From Patescibacteria group bacterium (GTDB lineage Bacteria; Patescibacteriota; Patescibacteriia; 2-01-FULL-39-33), in assembly GCA_041662745.1 (NCBI GenBank), contig JBAZRV010000003.1:60001-92000 (forward strand): a stretch of DNA of 32,000 bases. The letters run 5' to 3'. Positions 1 through 8,091 of this stretch are shown here, piece after piece. Each line of letters begins with the position of its first letter. Position 1 is the first letter of the stretch. The translations under genes were made by a program, and so were the position numbers. The notes under the pieces were generated by a model. That model was given only the letters and a program-made list of their open reading frames with translations. It had not been told where the DNA came from and ran no database searches.

Positions 1-8
1 ACAGAAGG

Positions 9-33
9 CGTCCCTTGTCGGGACGTTTTTTTT
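9..33 (+). terminator. Rho-independent terminator-like hairpin (upstream gene outside window)
   Basis: CGTCCC(9-14)-TTGTC-GGGACG(20-25) followed by a T-run. Confidence 0.8.
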
Positions 34-74
34 ATTTGGCATTATAATGTTTCTTGTTATTTTTACTCTCTCAT

Positions 75-163
75 GTCATTCCTGGCTTGACCAGGAATCC
101 AGGTTTTCCTGTCATCCTGAGGCGCACCTGCCTGCCGGTAGGCAGGGACGGGAATCCAGGTTA
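75..163. repeat. Two degenerate tandem units of a dispersed-type intergenic repeat
   Basis: Both units begin GTCATTCCT/GTCATCCT (75, 111) and end GGAATCCAGGTT (94-105, 152-163). Unit 1 has an ATTCCTGG/CCAGGAAT hairpin. Unit 2 contains CCTGCCT-GCCGGT-AGGCAGG (128-147). Confidence 0.7.
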
Positions 164-171
164 TTTTTATC

Positions 172-278
172 CGTCATTGCGAGCGAAGCCGTAATCGGCG
201 AAGAGCGGCAATCTTTCAGTGAACATAAATGTGGCCTTCAATATTGCTTCGTTCCGCTACGCTACACTCGCAATGACG
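172..278. repeat. Inverted-repeat-bounded intergenic element (CGTCATTGCGAG ... CTCGCAATGACG)
   Basis: Perfect 12-bp terminal inverted repeats at 172-183 and 267-278. Resembles the widely dispersed CGTCATTGCGAG-type intergenic repeats. Confidence 0.8.
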
Positions 279-287
279 AAAAGCAAT

Positions 288-317
288 TTGACTAAGTTAA
301 GATAAAATAGCTATAAT
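288..317 (+). promoter_or_regulatory. Predicted sigma70 promoter for pheS
   Basis: TTGACT (288-293), 18-nt spacer, TATAAT (312-317). Confidence 0.65.
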
Positions 318-339
318 ATATTCATATTAAGCTATTTTT

Positions 340-360
340 CTCCCCCTTACGAAGGGGGAG
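340..360 (+). repeat. Hairpin CTCCCCCTT-ACG-AAGGGGGAG in the pheS leader
   Basis: Perfect 9-bp arms and 3-nt loop, about 25 nt upstream of the pheS ATG. Confidence 0.7.
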
Positions 361-385
361 ATTAAGAGGGAGTTATAGAGAAACT

Positions 386-1444
386 ATGAAAGAAAAACTT
401 AGCCAATTAAAGGCGCAATTCACCGAAGAATCGGCAAAGGTCAAATCAGCCAAAGAGCTGGAGGAGCTGGAGAGTAGATTTTTGAGTCGTAAAAGCGGAC
501 TGCTGACCGGTATCATGAAGGAGATCAAGGATGTGGCCAAGGAAGAGGTGGCGGAAATCGGCGCTTTGGCTAACGAAACCAAGGAATATATCGTTGAGGG
601 ACTGGCAGCGCTTAAGGGCAATTTGGCCGGCGCCGGCTCTTTTAATTTTGATTTTACCGTGCCCGGCCATAAGCCGCCGGTCGGACATTTGCATTTATCA
701 ACCATTGCCATCCGCGAAATTGAAAGCATTTTAGAGCCGTTGGGGTTCAAGCGTGTTAGGCATCCTGATATTGAATGGGATTATTATGCTTTTGAAACCC
801 TGAATATGCCCGGAGATCATCCGGCGCGCGATGATTGGGAAACTTTTTTTATTGATGAAGCGCCGATTAAGATGAATTTGCCGGCTAATTCCAAAAAACT
901 GGTCAAAGAGGGGAGACGGCTGCTCACTCCGCACACTTCCAGCATTCAGGTGCGTGAAATGGAAAAAGGCGAACTGCCGATTCGGATGATGAATATTTCC
1001 AAATGCTATCGCCGGCAGATTGATGTTTCCCATGTGCCGATGTTCCATCAGTTTGAAGGACTGGTGATTGACAAGGGGATTAACATCACCCATTTGAAAG
1101 GCACGATTGATTATTTTGTTAAGAAATTTTTCGGCGAAGATCGGGTTATTCGTTTGCGTCCGCATCATTTCCAGTTTACCGAACCGAGTTTTGAGGTGGA
1201 TATTTCCTGCGGTTTGTGCAATGGCGCGGGTTGCAAGATGTGCAAAGAGGGCTGGCTGGAACTGGCTGGCGCCGGCATGGTGCACCCCAATGTCCTAAAA
1301 GCCGGAGGAATTGATCCGGAGAAGTATTCCGGGTTTGCTTTCGGTTGGGGTGTGGAGCGATGTTTCTCAATGAAATCGGGACTTAATATTGATGATTTGC
1401 GGTTGATGTATAAGAATGATTTGAGGTTTAATGAACAGTTTTAA
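386..1444 (+). CDS. pheS: Phenylalanine--tRNA ligase alpha subunit
   Basis: VGHLHLSTIAIREIESI, HTSSIQVR, FQFTEPSFEVD and GAGMVHPNVL motifs; class II core. Confidence 0.97.
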   Translation: MKEKLSQLKAQFTEESAKVKSAKELEELESRFLSRKSGLLTGIMKEIKDVAKEEVAEIGALANETKEYIVEGLAALKGNLAGAGSFNFDFTVPGHKPPVGHLHLSTIAIREIESILEPLGFKRVRHPDIEWDYYAFETLNMPGDHPARDDWETFFIDEAPIKMNLPANSKKLVKEGRRLLTPHTSSIQVREMEKGELPIRMMNISKCYRRQIDVSHVPMFHQFEGLVIDKGINITHLKGTIDYFVKKFFGEDRVIRLRPHHFQFTEPSFEVDISCGLCNGAGCKMCKEGWLELAGAGMVHPNVLKAGGIDPEKYSGFAFGWGVERCFSMKSGLNIDDLRLMYKNDLRFNEQF

Positions 1445-1468
1445 GATTAATATCATAATTAGTATTAT

Positions 1469-2017
1469 ATGGGTAACCAAATTAAAAACAACAAATTAAA
1501 ATATCTATTTTGGCTATCAAGTATAGCCATAATATTTTGGATAATTTTTGGTCTCGGCTTGCAAAGGGATTATAAGAACTGCGGTAGTGCAATCTCTAAA
1601 ATTTCCTTTTTTGGAATAGTTTTGTATGAGTACGATAATCCGTGTCCTGTTACAAATACAAAAACACCAGAATTAAGTGACTTAGATATATTTTCGATAG
1701 AAATTAATAGGCATCCAAATTTGAGAGGATTTCCATTTTCTGAAGTTGTAGATTTTTCTCGTTTTGATAAAAGTAATTTGAAAGCTATTTGGATGATTAT
1801 ATCATTTGTTTCATTATTGAATTTGATTTTTTATTTTGTTTTTTTTCAAATACTATTTAAAATTTTAGATAAGGTTAGTAACAATTATAGAAAAATAGTT
1901 TTTATAATTTTGATGATTACGATTTCTCTTATATTTTTAATTATATCATCTATAAATGCCAAATATTCTTTAAGTTATTTAACTTTCTATTCAATTTTAA
2001 CAATTTTTAAATTGTAG
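1469..2017 (+). CDS. Hypothetical multi-span membrane protein (AT-rich)
   Basis: Open ORF with several hydrophobic segments; clearly more AT-rich than its neighbours. Confidence 0.6.
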   Translation: MGNQIKNNKLKYLFWLSSIAIIFWIIFGLGLQRDYKNCGSAISKISFFGIVLYEYDNPCPVTNTKTPELSDLDIFSIEINRHPNLRGFPFSEVVDFSRFDKSNLKAIWMIISFVSLLNLIFYFVFFQILFKILDKVSNNYRKIVFIILMITISLIFLIISSINAKYSLSYLTFYSILTIFKL

Positions 2018-2061
2018 GCTTTTTATAAATCTAAATATTTCAATAACCGACTGAAGTCGCT

Positions 2062-2577
2062 ATGATTAAACCCCTCAAGCAATCAACATACGAAACTTGT
2101 TTGACCTGTTGTTTATTAATGCTTGCAGGAAAAAGCAGAAAAGATGAAATTGAAATTTGGAAGCATGGCTGGAAATTCAATTATCTAATCGGCCAGATTA
2201 ATTTTGTTAGCAGCAAATACAATAAAAAGGTAACCGCTTATATTGAGAATAAGTATTATTTTAATGAACTGAAAAACCAAGGCGGTAAAAATGTCAGATT
2301 AATTAACAGCAAAATTAACTTAAAGCTGATTAATAAGCTTTTAGAGGAGGGGAGTGTCGGGGTTTATTGTGATGCTTACTATCCTTTTGCCGCCCATTCC
2401 GGTTATGTCCATGCTCCGCACTTTATAGTATGTTTAAGCAGGGATGGGGATTTTATGGAATTAGCCGATCCCTGGGATGGCCAGATCAAAAAGTGGCCGG
2501 TCAAAGAAATCAACAAGGCGATAATCAGTTTACGTAATCATTTAAAGTATAGCCCAGTTTTGATAACAATTAATTAA
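2062..2577 (+). CDS. C39-like / papain-like cysteine peptidase family protein
   Basis: KQSTYETCLTCCLLMLAG (Gln/Cys start), HFIVCLSRDG and ELADPWDG resemble the C39-like Q...C...H...D layout. Confidence 0.6.
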   Translation: MIKPLKQSTYETCLTCCLLMLAGKSRKDEIEIWKHGWKFNYLIGQINFVSSKYNKKVTAYIENKYYFNELKNQGGKNVRLINSKINLKLINKLLEEGSVGVYCDAYYPFAAHSGYVHAPHFIVCLSRDGDFMELADPWDGQIKKWPVKEINKAIISLRNHLKYSPVLITIN

Positions 2578-2580
2578 TAT

Positions 2581-4953
2581 ATGAATTTAAATATCTCTTA
2601 CAACTGGCTAAAGTCGTATGTCAAAACCAGTTTGACACCGCAAGAATTTGCTAAACGGATCTCGCTTTCCGGACCATCGGTTGACCGCATTAATGCCATC
2701 AAACCGAATTTCAGCAAGGTAGTCGTCGGGCAAATCAAAAAAATAGAACAGCATCCCAATGCCGACAAGCTTCATGTTTGCAAGGTTAATATTGGCAAAG
2801 AAGAATTGCAAATAGTTTGTGGCGCGCCAAATATTAAAGAAGGTCAAAAAGTGCCGGTAGTTTTGGTTGGCGGTCAAGTCGGTGAGTTTGAAATCAAAGA
2901 AGCCAAATTAAGAGGCGTAGAAAGCTTTGGTATGATGTGCTCTCAAAAAGAATTAGGGTTAGGCGAGGATCACACCGGAATTTATATTTTGCCGGCAGAT
3001 GCCAAAGTTGGCGAGCCGTTAGAGAAAATCATGCCCATGGATGATGCGATTTTGGATATTGAAATCACTTCCAACCGCCCGGATGCCATGAGCGTTATCG
3101 GCATCGCCAGAGAAGCGTCAGCAATTTTGGACGCTAAGTTTTTATATCAAGCCCCTAAGCCTAATTTGGCTGTCAAAGGCGGTAAAAAGGATTTAAAGAT
3201 TAAGGTGGCTGAAGAAAAATTTTGCCCTCGGTATTCCGCTATTGTTATGGGGGAAGTCAAAGTTGAGGCCTCGCCCTTATGGATGCAACAGCGGCTGCTC
3301 GCTTCCGGCTTGCGTCCGATCAATAATCTGGTGGATATCACTAATTATATTTTATTGGAATACGGCCAGCCGATGCATGTGTTTGATTATGATAAATTAT
3401 CAGGCGCGGAGATTAATGTCCGCAAAGCCAAAAAAGGCGAGAAGATTTTGGCGCTGGACGGCAAGGAATATGAATTGTTAACTGATCAATTGGTGATTGC
3501 GGATGCTAAGGTCCCGGTCGCTGTCGCCGGTGTCATGGGCGGAGAATTGTCGGCCGCCACAACAGAAACCAAAACCATTGTGTTTGAATGCGCTAATTTT
3601 AATCCGGTTTCAGTCAGGAAGACTTCCAGAGCCCTGAATTTGCGTTCTGAGAGCTCGGCGCTTTATGAGAAGGGAATCAGTCCGGAAAATGTTATCGCCT
3701 CAATGTTGCGCGCCATAGAGCTGGCGCAGGAATTGTGCGGCGCCAAAATCGCCGGTAGATTAATTGATGAGAAGTCATATAAAATTAAAGATAAGGAAAT
3801 TGTTTTGGATTTGGATAGTGTTAATTCCGCTTTGGGTGTTAAAATCAAACCAGCAGAAATCAAAAAGAATTTAGAAGCTTTAGGTTTTAAAGTTTCTTCC
3901 ACCAAGTCCAAGCGCGATGAATTTATGGTGGTTGTGCCGTGGTGGCGGGAAAATGATATTGACGGCCAGCATGATTTAATTGAGGAAATCGCTCGCATGC
4001 ACGGTTATTATAATCTGCCAACTGAGCTTATGTCTGGCGCTTTGCCAAAAGCCGCCAGCAGCATTAATTTTGGTTTAGAAGATAAAATCAAGGATGTTTT
4101 GGTTGGTTTTGGTTTAACCGAAGTTTATACTTACTCTTTCATCTCTGAAAAACAAATAACCGCCTGCGGTTTAAAGCCGGAGGATCATATTAAAATCGCC
4201 AATCCCTTAAGTGTTGATTTTGAGTACATGCGGATTTCACTCTTGCCGGGAGTTTTGCAAATTATTGCTGAAAACGAAGGTTTTTATCCGGCTGGAAAAT
4301 TGTTTGATTTCAGCCAGGTTTATTTGCCGTTAGGCGCAAACGATTTAGCCGATGAAAAATTTAAATTATTAATCGCTTGCTATGGCGCTGAAATCAATAA
4401 AGTCGCCGGTGATGTCAGGGGATTATTGGATGGTTTAATGCAACGGCTTTATATTTCCGGTTTGGTTTTTAAAAATACTGCTGATGGCTCAGAGATTTAT
4501 GTTGGTGATAATAAATTGGGCGAGATCAAAGTCATTAATAATAAAATTTTATCCGCTTTCGGCATTAAGAAAGCAGTAACAATCGTAGAATTGGATTTTG
4601 AAGCTGTTAGTAAATCAGCCAAGTCCGCGCCGACTTACCAGCCGATTCCTAAATTTCCGGCGATTGAACTAGACTTGTCAATGGAAATTGATAATGTCGT
4701 GACTTTTGCCGAGGTGGCTAATATCGCGACTGACGCCGGCCTGCCTGCCGGTCAGGCAGGCGCGCCATTGGTAGAGAGAGTTGATTTTTTATCAGTATAC
4801 AGAGGTAATGATTTGCCGGAAGGTAAAAAAGCTTTAGCGATTAGAATCGTTTATCGTGACTTGAACAAGACGCTGGAATTAGCTGAAGCGCAAAAAGCGC
4901 ATGATAAAGTTGTAGCGGAATTAAAAAAGAGTTATAATATAAGTGTAAGATAA
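2581..4953 (+). CDS. pheT: Phenylalanine--tRNA ligase beta subunit
   Basis: N-terminal tRNA-binding domain (HPNADKLHVCKV), B3/B5 regions, C-terminal FDX-ACB-like domain. Confidence 0.97.
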   Translation: MNLNISYNWLKSYVKTSLTPQEFAKRISLSGPSVDRINAIKPNFSKVVVGQIKKIEQHPNADKLHVCKVNIGKEELQIVCGAPNIKEGQKVPVVLVGGQVGEFEIKEAKLRGVESFGMMCSQKELGLGEDHTGIYILPADAKVGEPLEKIMPMDDAILDIEITSNRPDAMSVIGIAREASAILDAKFLYQAPKPNLAVKGGKKDLKIKVAEEKFCPRYSAIVMGEVKVEASPLWMQQRLLASGLRPINNLVDITNYILLEYGQPMHVFDYDKLSGAEINVRKAKKGEKILALDGKEYELLTDQLVIADAKVPVAVAGVMGGELSAATTETKTIVFECANFNPVSVRKTSRALNLRSESSALYEKGISPENVIASMLRAIELAQELCGAKIAGRLIDEKSYKIKDKEIVLDLDSVNSALGVKIKPAEIKKNLEALGFKVSSTKSKRDEFMVVVPWWRENDIDGQHDLIEEIARMHGYYNLPTELMSGALPKAASSINFGLEDKIKDVLVGFGLTEVYTYSFISEKQITACGLKPEDHIKIANPLSVDFEYMRISLLPGVLQIIAENEGFYPAGKLFDFSQVYLPLGANDLADEKFKLLIACYGAEINKVAGDVRGLLDGLMQRLYISGLVFKNTADGSEIYVGDNKLGEIKVINNKILSAFGIKKAVTIVELDFEAVSKSAKSAPTYQPIPKFPAIELDLSMEIDNVVTFAEVANIATDAGLPAGQAGAPLVERVDFLSVYRGNDLPEGKKALAIRIVYRDLNKTLELAEAQKAHDKVVAELKKSYNISVR
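4740..4760. repeat. GC-rich palindrome embedded in frame in pheT
   Basis: CCTGCCTG-CCGGT-CAGGCAGG encoding GLPAGQAG; related to the intergenic palindrome at 128-147. Confidence 0.8.
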
Positions 4954-4968
4954 AATAATTATATTCCC

Positions 4969-5277
4969 ATGCTTGTCACATCAAAAGACCTATTCTGGGT
5001 CGTGTTATCGTTTGTTATTCTCTTTGGCGGTATTTGCACCAGCTTCGCTATTTTTTACTTCGCCATGATTCTACGCGACGGCTGGTACATCACCAAGGCC
5101 ATCAGGCGCAAGGTGGAAGCGGTAGAAAAAGTCATGACCGCTTTCAAGTCTAAAGTGGAAAACACCGCCAGCTATGTGCCGCCGTTAATTGACGGCGTGT
5201 CCAAATTGGTTGAAGCCATAGCCGAAAAGAAAAGATCTTCGGCCGCCAAAACCGGCAAAAAATCAAAAAGAAAGTAA
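4969..5277 (+). CDS. Hypothetical membrane-anchored protein with basic C-terminal tail
   Basis: N-terminal hydrophobic span, amphipathic middle, Lys/Arg-rich tail. Confidence 0.65.
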   Translation: MLVTSKDLFWVVLSFVILFGGICTSFAIFYFAMILRDGWYITKAIRRKVEAVEKVMTAFKSKVENTASYVPPLIDGVSKLVEAIAEKKRSSAAKTGKKSKRK

Positions 5278-5288
5278 AACATTACAAT

Positions 5289-5519
5289 ATGCTGTCAACA
5301 ATCGCTTTGATGCCGATTTTCGGCTATCCGGCCATCATGTATGGCGGAATTATTACTTTCATTCTTTTCCTCCTTGTTGCTTTCATGGGTTATCGAATAA
5401 ATAAAGGAAAATGCCGTTTACCTAATCCAATTAAATGGCATCAGACTATAGCGCTTCTGGCGTTAATTCTGGCCGTAATCCACGGCATCCTGGGGTTATC
5501 TATCATGGTAGGATTCTAA
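5289..5519 (+). CDS. Hypothetical small membrane protein
   Basis: Two hydrophobic segments; followed by a strong terminator. Confidence 0.5.
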   Translation: MLSTIALMPIFGYPAIMYGGIITFILFLLVAFMGYRINKGKCRLPNPIKWHQTIALLALILAVIHGILGLSIMVGF

Positions 5520-5522
5520 AGA

Positions 5523-5555
5523 TAAAAATAGCCGGCCTTTGCCGGTTATTTTTTT
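5523..5555 (+). terminator. Rho-independent terminator
   Basis: aaaaataGCCGGC-CTTT-GCCGGTtatttttt. Confidence 0.8.
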
Positions 5556-5559
5556 GTTA

Positions 5560-5588
5560 TTGACTTTTTATTGATTTTTTAGTATCAT
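5560..5588 (+). promoter_or_regulatory. Predicted sigma70 promoter
   Basis: TTGACT (5560-5565), 17-nt spacer, TATCAT (5583-5588). Confidence 0.6.
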
Positions 5589-5646
5589 AAGCAATCGTAC
5601 CTTTAAATCGTTTATTCATTAAGACTATTATAAAGGAGAATTAATA

Positions 5647-6189
5647 ATGAAGATTATCAGATGGTATTCCGGCAATACCAGATTTGTCTTAGTGATTGGT
5701 TTTTTGGCTTTTAAGTTTGCCAAAATCAATCTGTTTATGGCTTTAAAATGCGAATTCAGGCAATTATTTACGAACAGTCATAATGTGAGACGCTTAGTGA
5801 AGAAATATGGTTATGTATGCCCGGTATCGCCACTTTATTGGCTGCTCCGCGGAATCACAGCCAATTGGCTGGAATGGCGTTATTATCGGCGCACGCGCTT
5901 ACCGATTCTTGCTCCAACCTATTTGTCGCTTGGCTTAGTAAATATCCAGGCGGCCGGCGTTTATCCGCAAGTAACCGAAAAATATTTTAGAAGCCAAATC
6001 AGCGCCATCATCGGCCATGATGAGAATAATGATGAAGATATCCATGCCGATCCACACACTCTTCGTCAAATGGAAAACTACATCGTCTTTAACGGCAGAC
6101 TGAAGATCATTGATTATGGATCACCAAAATCCTGGACGTTTTTGGAGAAATGGGGAAAAAAGATATTTGATGAATTTATCGCTCTGTAA
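5647..6189 (+). CDS. Hypothetical protein with possible protein-kinase-like C-terminal motif
   Basis: Open ORF after a promoter and GGAG-type RBS; HADPHTLRQMENYIVFNGRLKIIDYGSP. Confidence 0.6.
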   Translation: MKIIRWYSGNTRFVLVIGFLAFKFAKINLFMALKCEFRQLFTNSHNVRRLVKKYGYVCPVSPLYWLLRGITANWLEWRYYRRTRLPILAPTYLSLGLVNIQAAGVYPQVTEKYFRSQISAIIGHDENNDEDIHADPHTLRQMENYIVFNGRLKIIDYGSPKSWTFLEKWGKKIFDEFIAL

Positions 6190-6200
6190 TCCAGCCACTT

Positions 6201-6225
6201 AAGCCACGCTTAGTCGTGGCTTTTA
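6201..6225 (+). terminator. Rho-independent terminator
   Basis: AAGCCACG-CTTAGT-CGTGGCTT followed by TT. Confidence 0.75.
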
Positions 6226-6228
6226 TAT

Positions 6229-6257
6229 TTGCTATTTTTTGCTGATTTTCGTATAAT
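6229..6257 (+). promoter_or_regulatory. Predicted promoter for the 6267 gene/lysS unit
   Basis: TTGCTA (6229-6234), 17-nt spacer, TATAAT (6252-6257). Confidence 0.55.
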
Positions 6258-6266
6258 ATAAGCATT

Positions 6267-6593
6267 ATGAAGATGGAAAACGAGCCGGTAAATTCGGTTT
6301 TAAACGAGCCGGGATTTCAGGAATTCATCAGGAATCGCAAGATTCAAGAAGCGGACTTTCCGCTTTTGGAGGAACTGGCGGAAATTCCCAAAGATTTGCT
6401 ATTTGTTGAATTGCATAATTTTTTTAATTCTAATCGAGAAAGAAGCGCCGAGGAATTAGAGCGCCAGCTTTTGACTATGGAAGACGGTGGCAAGAAGCGT
6501 TATTTTGAGTTACTGTTGCGTTTTACCCGGGCTTATGACTGGACAGCTTGTTATAATTTAGAAAGAGTTTTAGAAAGAAGATATGAAAATTAA
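6267..6593 (+). CDS. Hypothetical acidic protein, overlaps the lysS start by 11 nt
   Basis: Open ORF right after the promoter; overlap suggests coupling. Confidence 0.65.
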   Translation: MKMENEPVNSVLNEPGFQEFIRNRKIQEADFPLLEELAEIPKDLLFVELHNFFNSNRERSAEELERQLLTMEDGGKKRYFELLLRFTRAYDWTACYNLERVLERRYEN

Positions 6594-8088
6594 AAATATG
6601 CCCCAACAATCAGAAGCTAATCCTTTGGATGAGAAAGTAATGCGTTTAAAACGTCTTGCTGACATTAAGTCGTCCGGTGTCAATCCGTATCCGGAAAAAT
6701 TTGATAAATTACAAAGCCTGGCCGAGGCCAAAGCCGGCAAAGAGGGGACTAAGGTCAAGACAGCCGGCCGAATTATGACTATCAGAAGCATGGGCAAGAT
6801 TGCTTTTTGCCATTTGTCCGATTGGAGCGGCAAATGCCAGGCCGTATTGAACATTACCGAAATCGGAGAGGAAAAATTGCAATGGTTCAAGGACTACGTG
6901 GATAGGGGTGATTTTATCGGCGTTTCCGGCGAAATTTTTACTACTAAGGCCGGAGAGATTTCCATTTTAGTCAAAGAATATGAATTCTTGGGTAAGGCGC
7001 TTTTGCCGTTGCCGGAAAAGTTCCATGGCCTGAAGGATACGGACACGATTTATCGCCAGAGATACTTGGATTTGATCGTCAATAATGAGGCCAAAAAACG
7101 TTTCCAATTCCGTTCGGATTTTATCCGCGCTATTCGCGAGTTTTATTGGCAGGAAGGGTTTATGGAAGTGGAAACTCCAACTTTGTTGCATCAAGCGACC
7201 GGAGCGACGGCTACTCCCTATGATACGCACAATAATGCCCTGGATGTGGATTTGGTTTTGCGGATTTCCCACGAATTACCGCTGAAGGAGTTGATTGTCG
7301 GCGGCATGGAAAAGATTTTTGAGTTGGGCAAAGCTTTCCGCAACGAGGGAGTTGACCCCTCGCATCTGCCCGAGCATACGCTTTTGGAACATTATGCGGC
7401 TTATTGGAATTTTGAAGATAATATCAAATATACCGAAAAGATGTTTGATCATTTGTTTGATAAGTTAAAATTGCAGAAAGTTTTGGAGGTAGAGGATCGC
7501 GAAGGCCAAAAACAAAAAGTTGATTTTACCACGCCTTGGCAGCGGGTTGATTTTATTGAGATGATCAAAGTTGATACCGGCATTGATATTACTGAATTTG
7601 ACGAGGCCGCAGAATTATTAAAAGAAATCAAAAAGAAGAAAATAGAATTTGAAGATATGGATGGGATGAGTTTGACGGGATTAGTGGATAATTTATATAA
7701 GAAAGTCAGTCGCTCAAAAATCGTCGGCCCGGTGATTCTTTATCATTACCCCAAATATATGCAGCCGTTGGCGCGCGTTAATGATAAAGACAAGAATATT
7801 GTTGATCAGTTCCAACTCATAGTCAACGGCTGGGAAATGCTCAAGGCCTATTCCGAATTGGTTGATCCCACAGATCAGAAAGAACGTTTTGAAGCGCAAA
7901 GAAAGGCCAAAATCAAAGGCGAAGGCGAAGTGATGGAGGGTGATGATGAGTTTATTACCGCTCTGGAGCATGGCGCGCCGCCGATCTCCGGCTGGGGCAT
8001 GGGCATTGACCGCACCGTGGCCATTTTGACCGGCCAAAGCAATTTGCGGGATGTAGTGCTGTTTCCGTTATTAAGACCGAAGGAATAA
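6583..8088 (+). CDS. lysS: Lysine--tRNA ligase (class II)
   Basis: OB-fold domain, YRQRYLDLI, FRNEG, GWGMGIDR motifs. Confidence 0.95.
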   Translation: MKIKNMPQQSEANPLDEKVMRLKRLADIKSSGVNPYPEKFDKLQSLAEAKAGKEGTKVKTAGRIMTIRSMGKIAFCHLSDWSGKCQAVLNITEIGEEKLQWFKDYVDRGDFIGVSGEIFTTKAGEISILVKEYEFLGKALLPLPEKFHGLKDTDTIYRQRYLDLIVNNEAKKRFQFRSDFIRAIREFYWQEGFMEVETPTLLHQATGATATPYDTHNNALDVDLVLRISHELPLKELIVGGMEKIFELGKAFRNEGVDPSHLPEHTLLEHYAAYWNFEDNIKYTEKMFDHLFDKLKLQKVLEVEDREGQKQKVDFTTPWQRVDFIEMIKVDTGIDITEFDEAAELLKEIKKKKIEFEDMDGMSLTGLVDNLYKKVSRSKIVGPVILYHYPKYMQPLARVNDKDKNIVDQFQLIVNGWEMLKAYSELVDPTDQKERFEAQRKAKIKGEGEVMEGDDEFITALEHGAPPISGWGMGIDRTVAILTGQSNLRDVVLFPLLRPKE

Positions 8089-8091
8089 GAT

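Noticed and set aside
47-295. 82-aa plus-strand ORF
   Set aside because: It lies entirely in the inverted-repeat mosaic upstream of pheS; the frame is a by-product of the repeats and of poor coding character.
731-1285. 184-aa minus-strand ORF antisense to pheS
   Set aside because: pheS is unambiguous on the plus strand; the antisense ORF has no recognisable domain and arises from codon bias.
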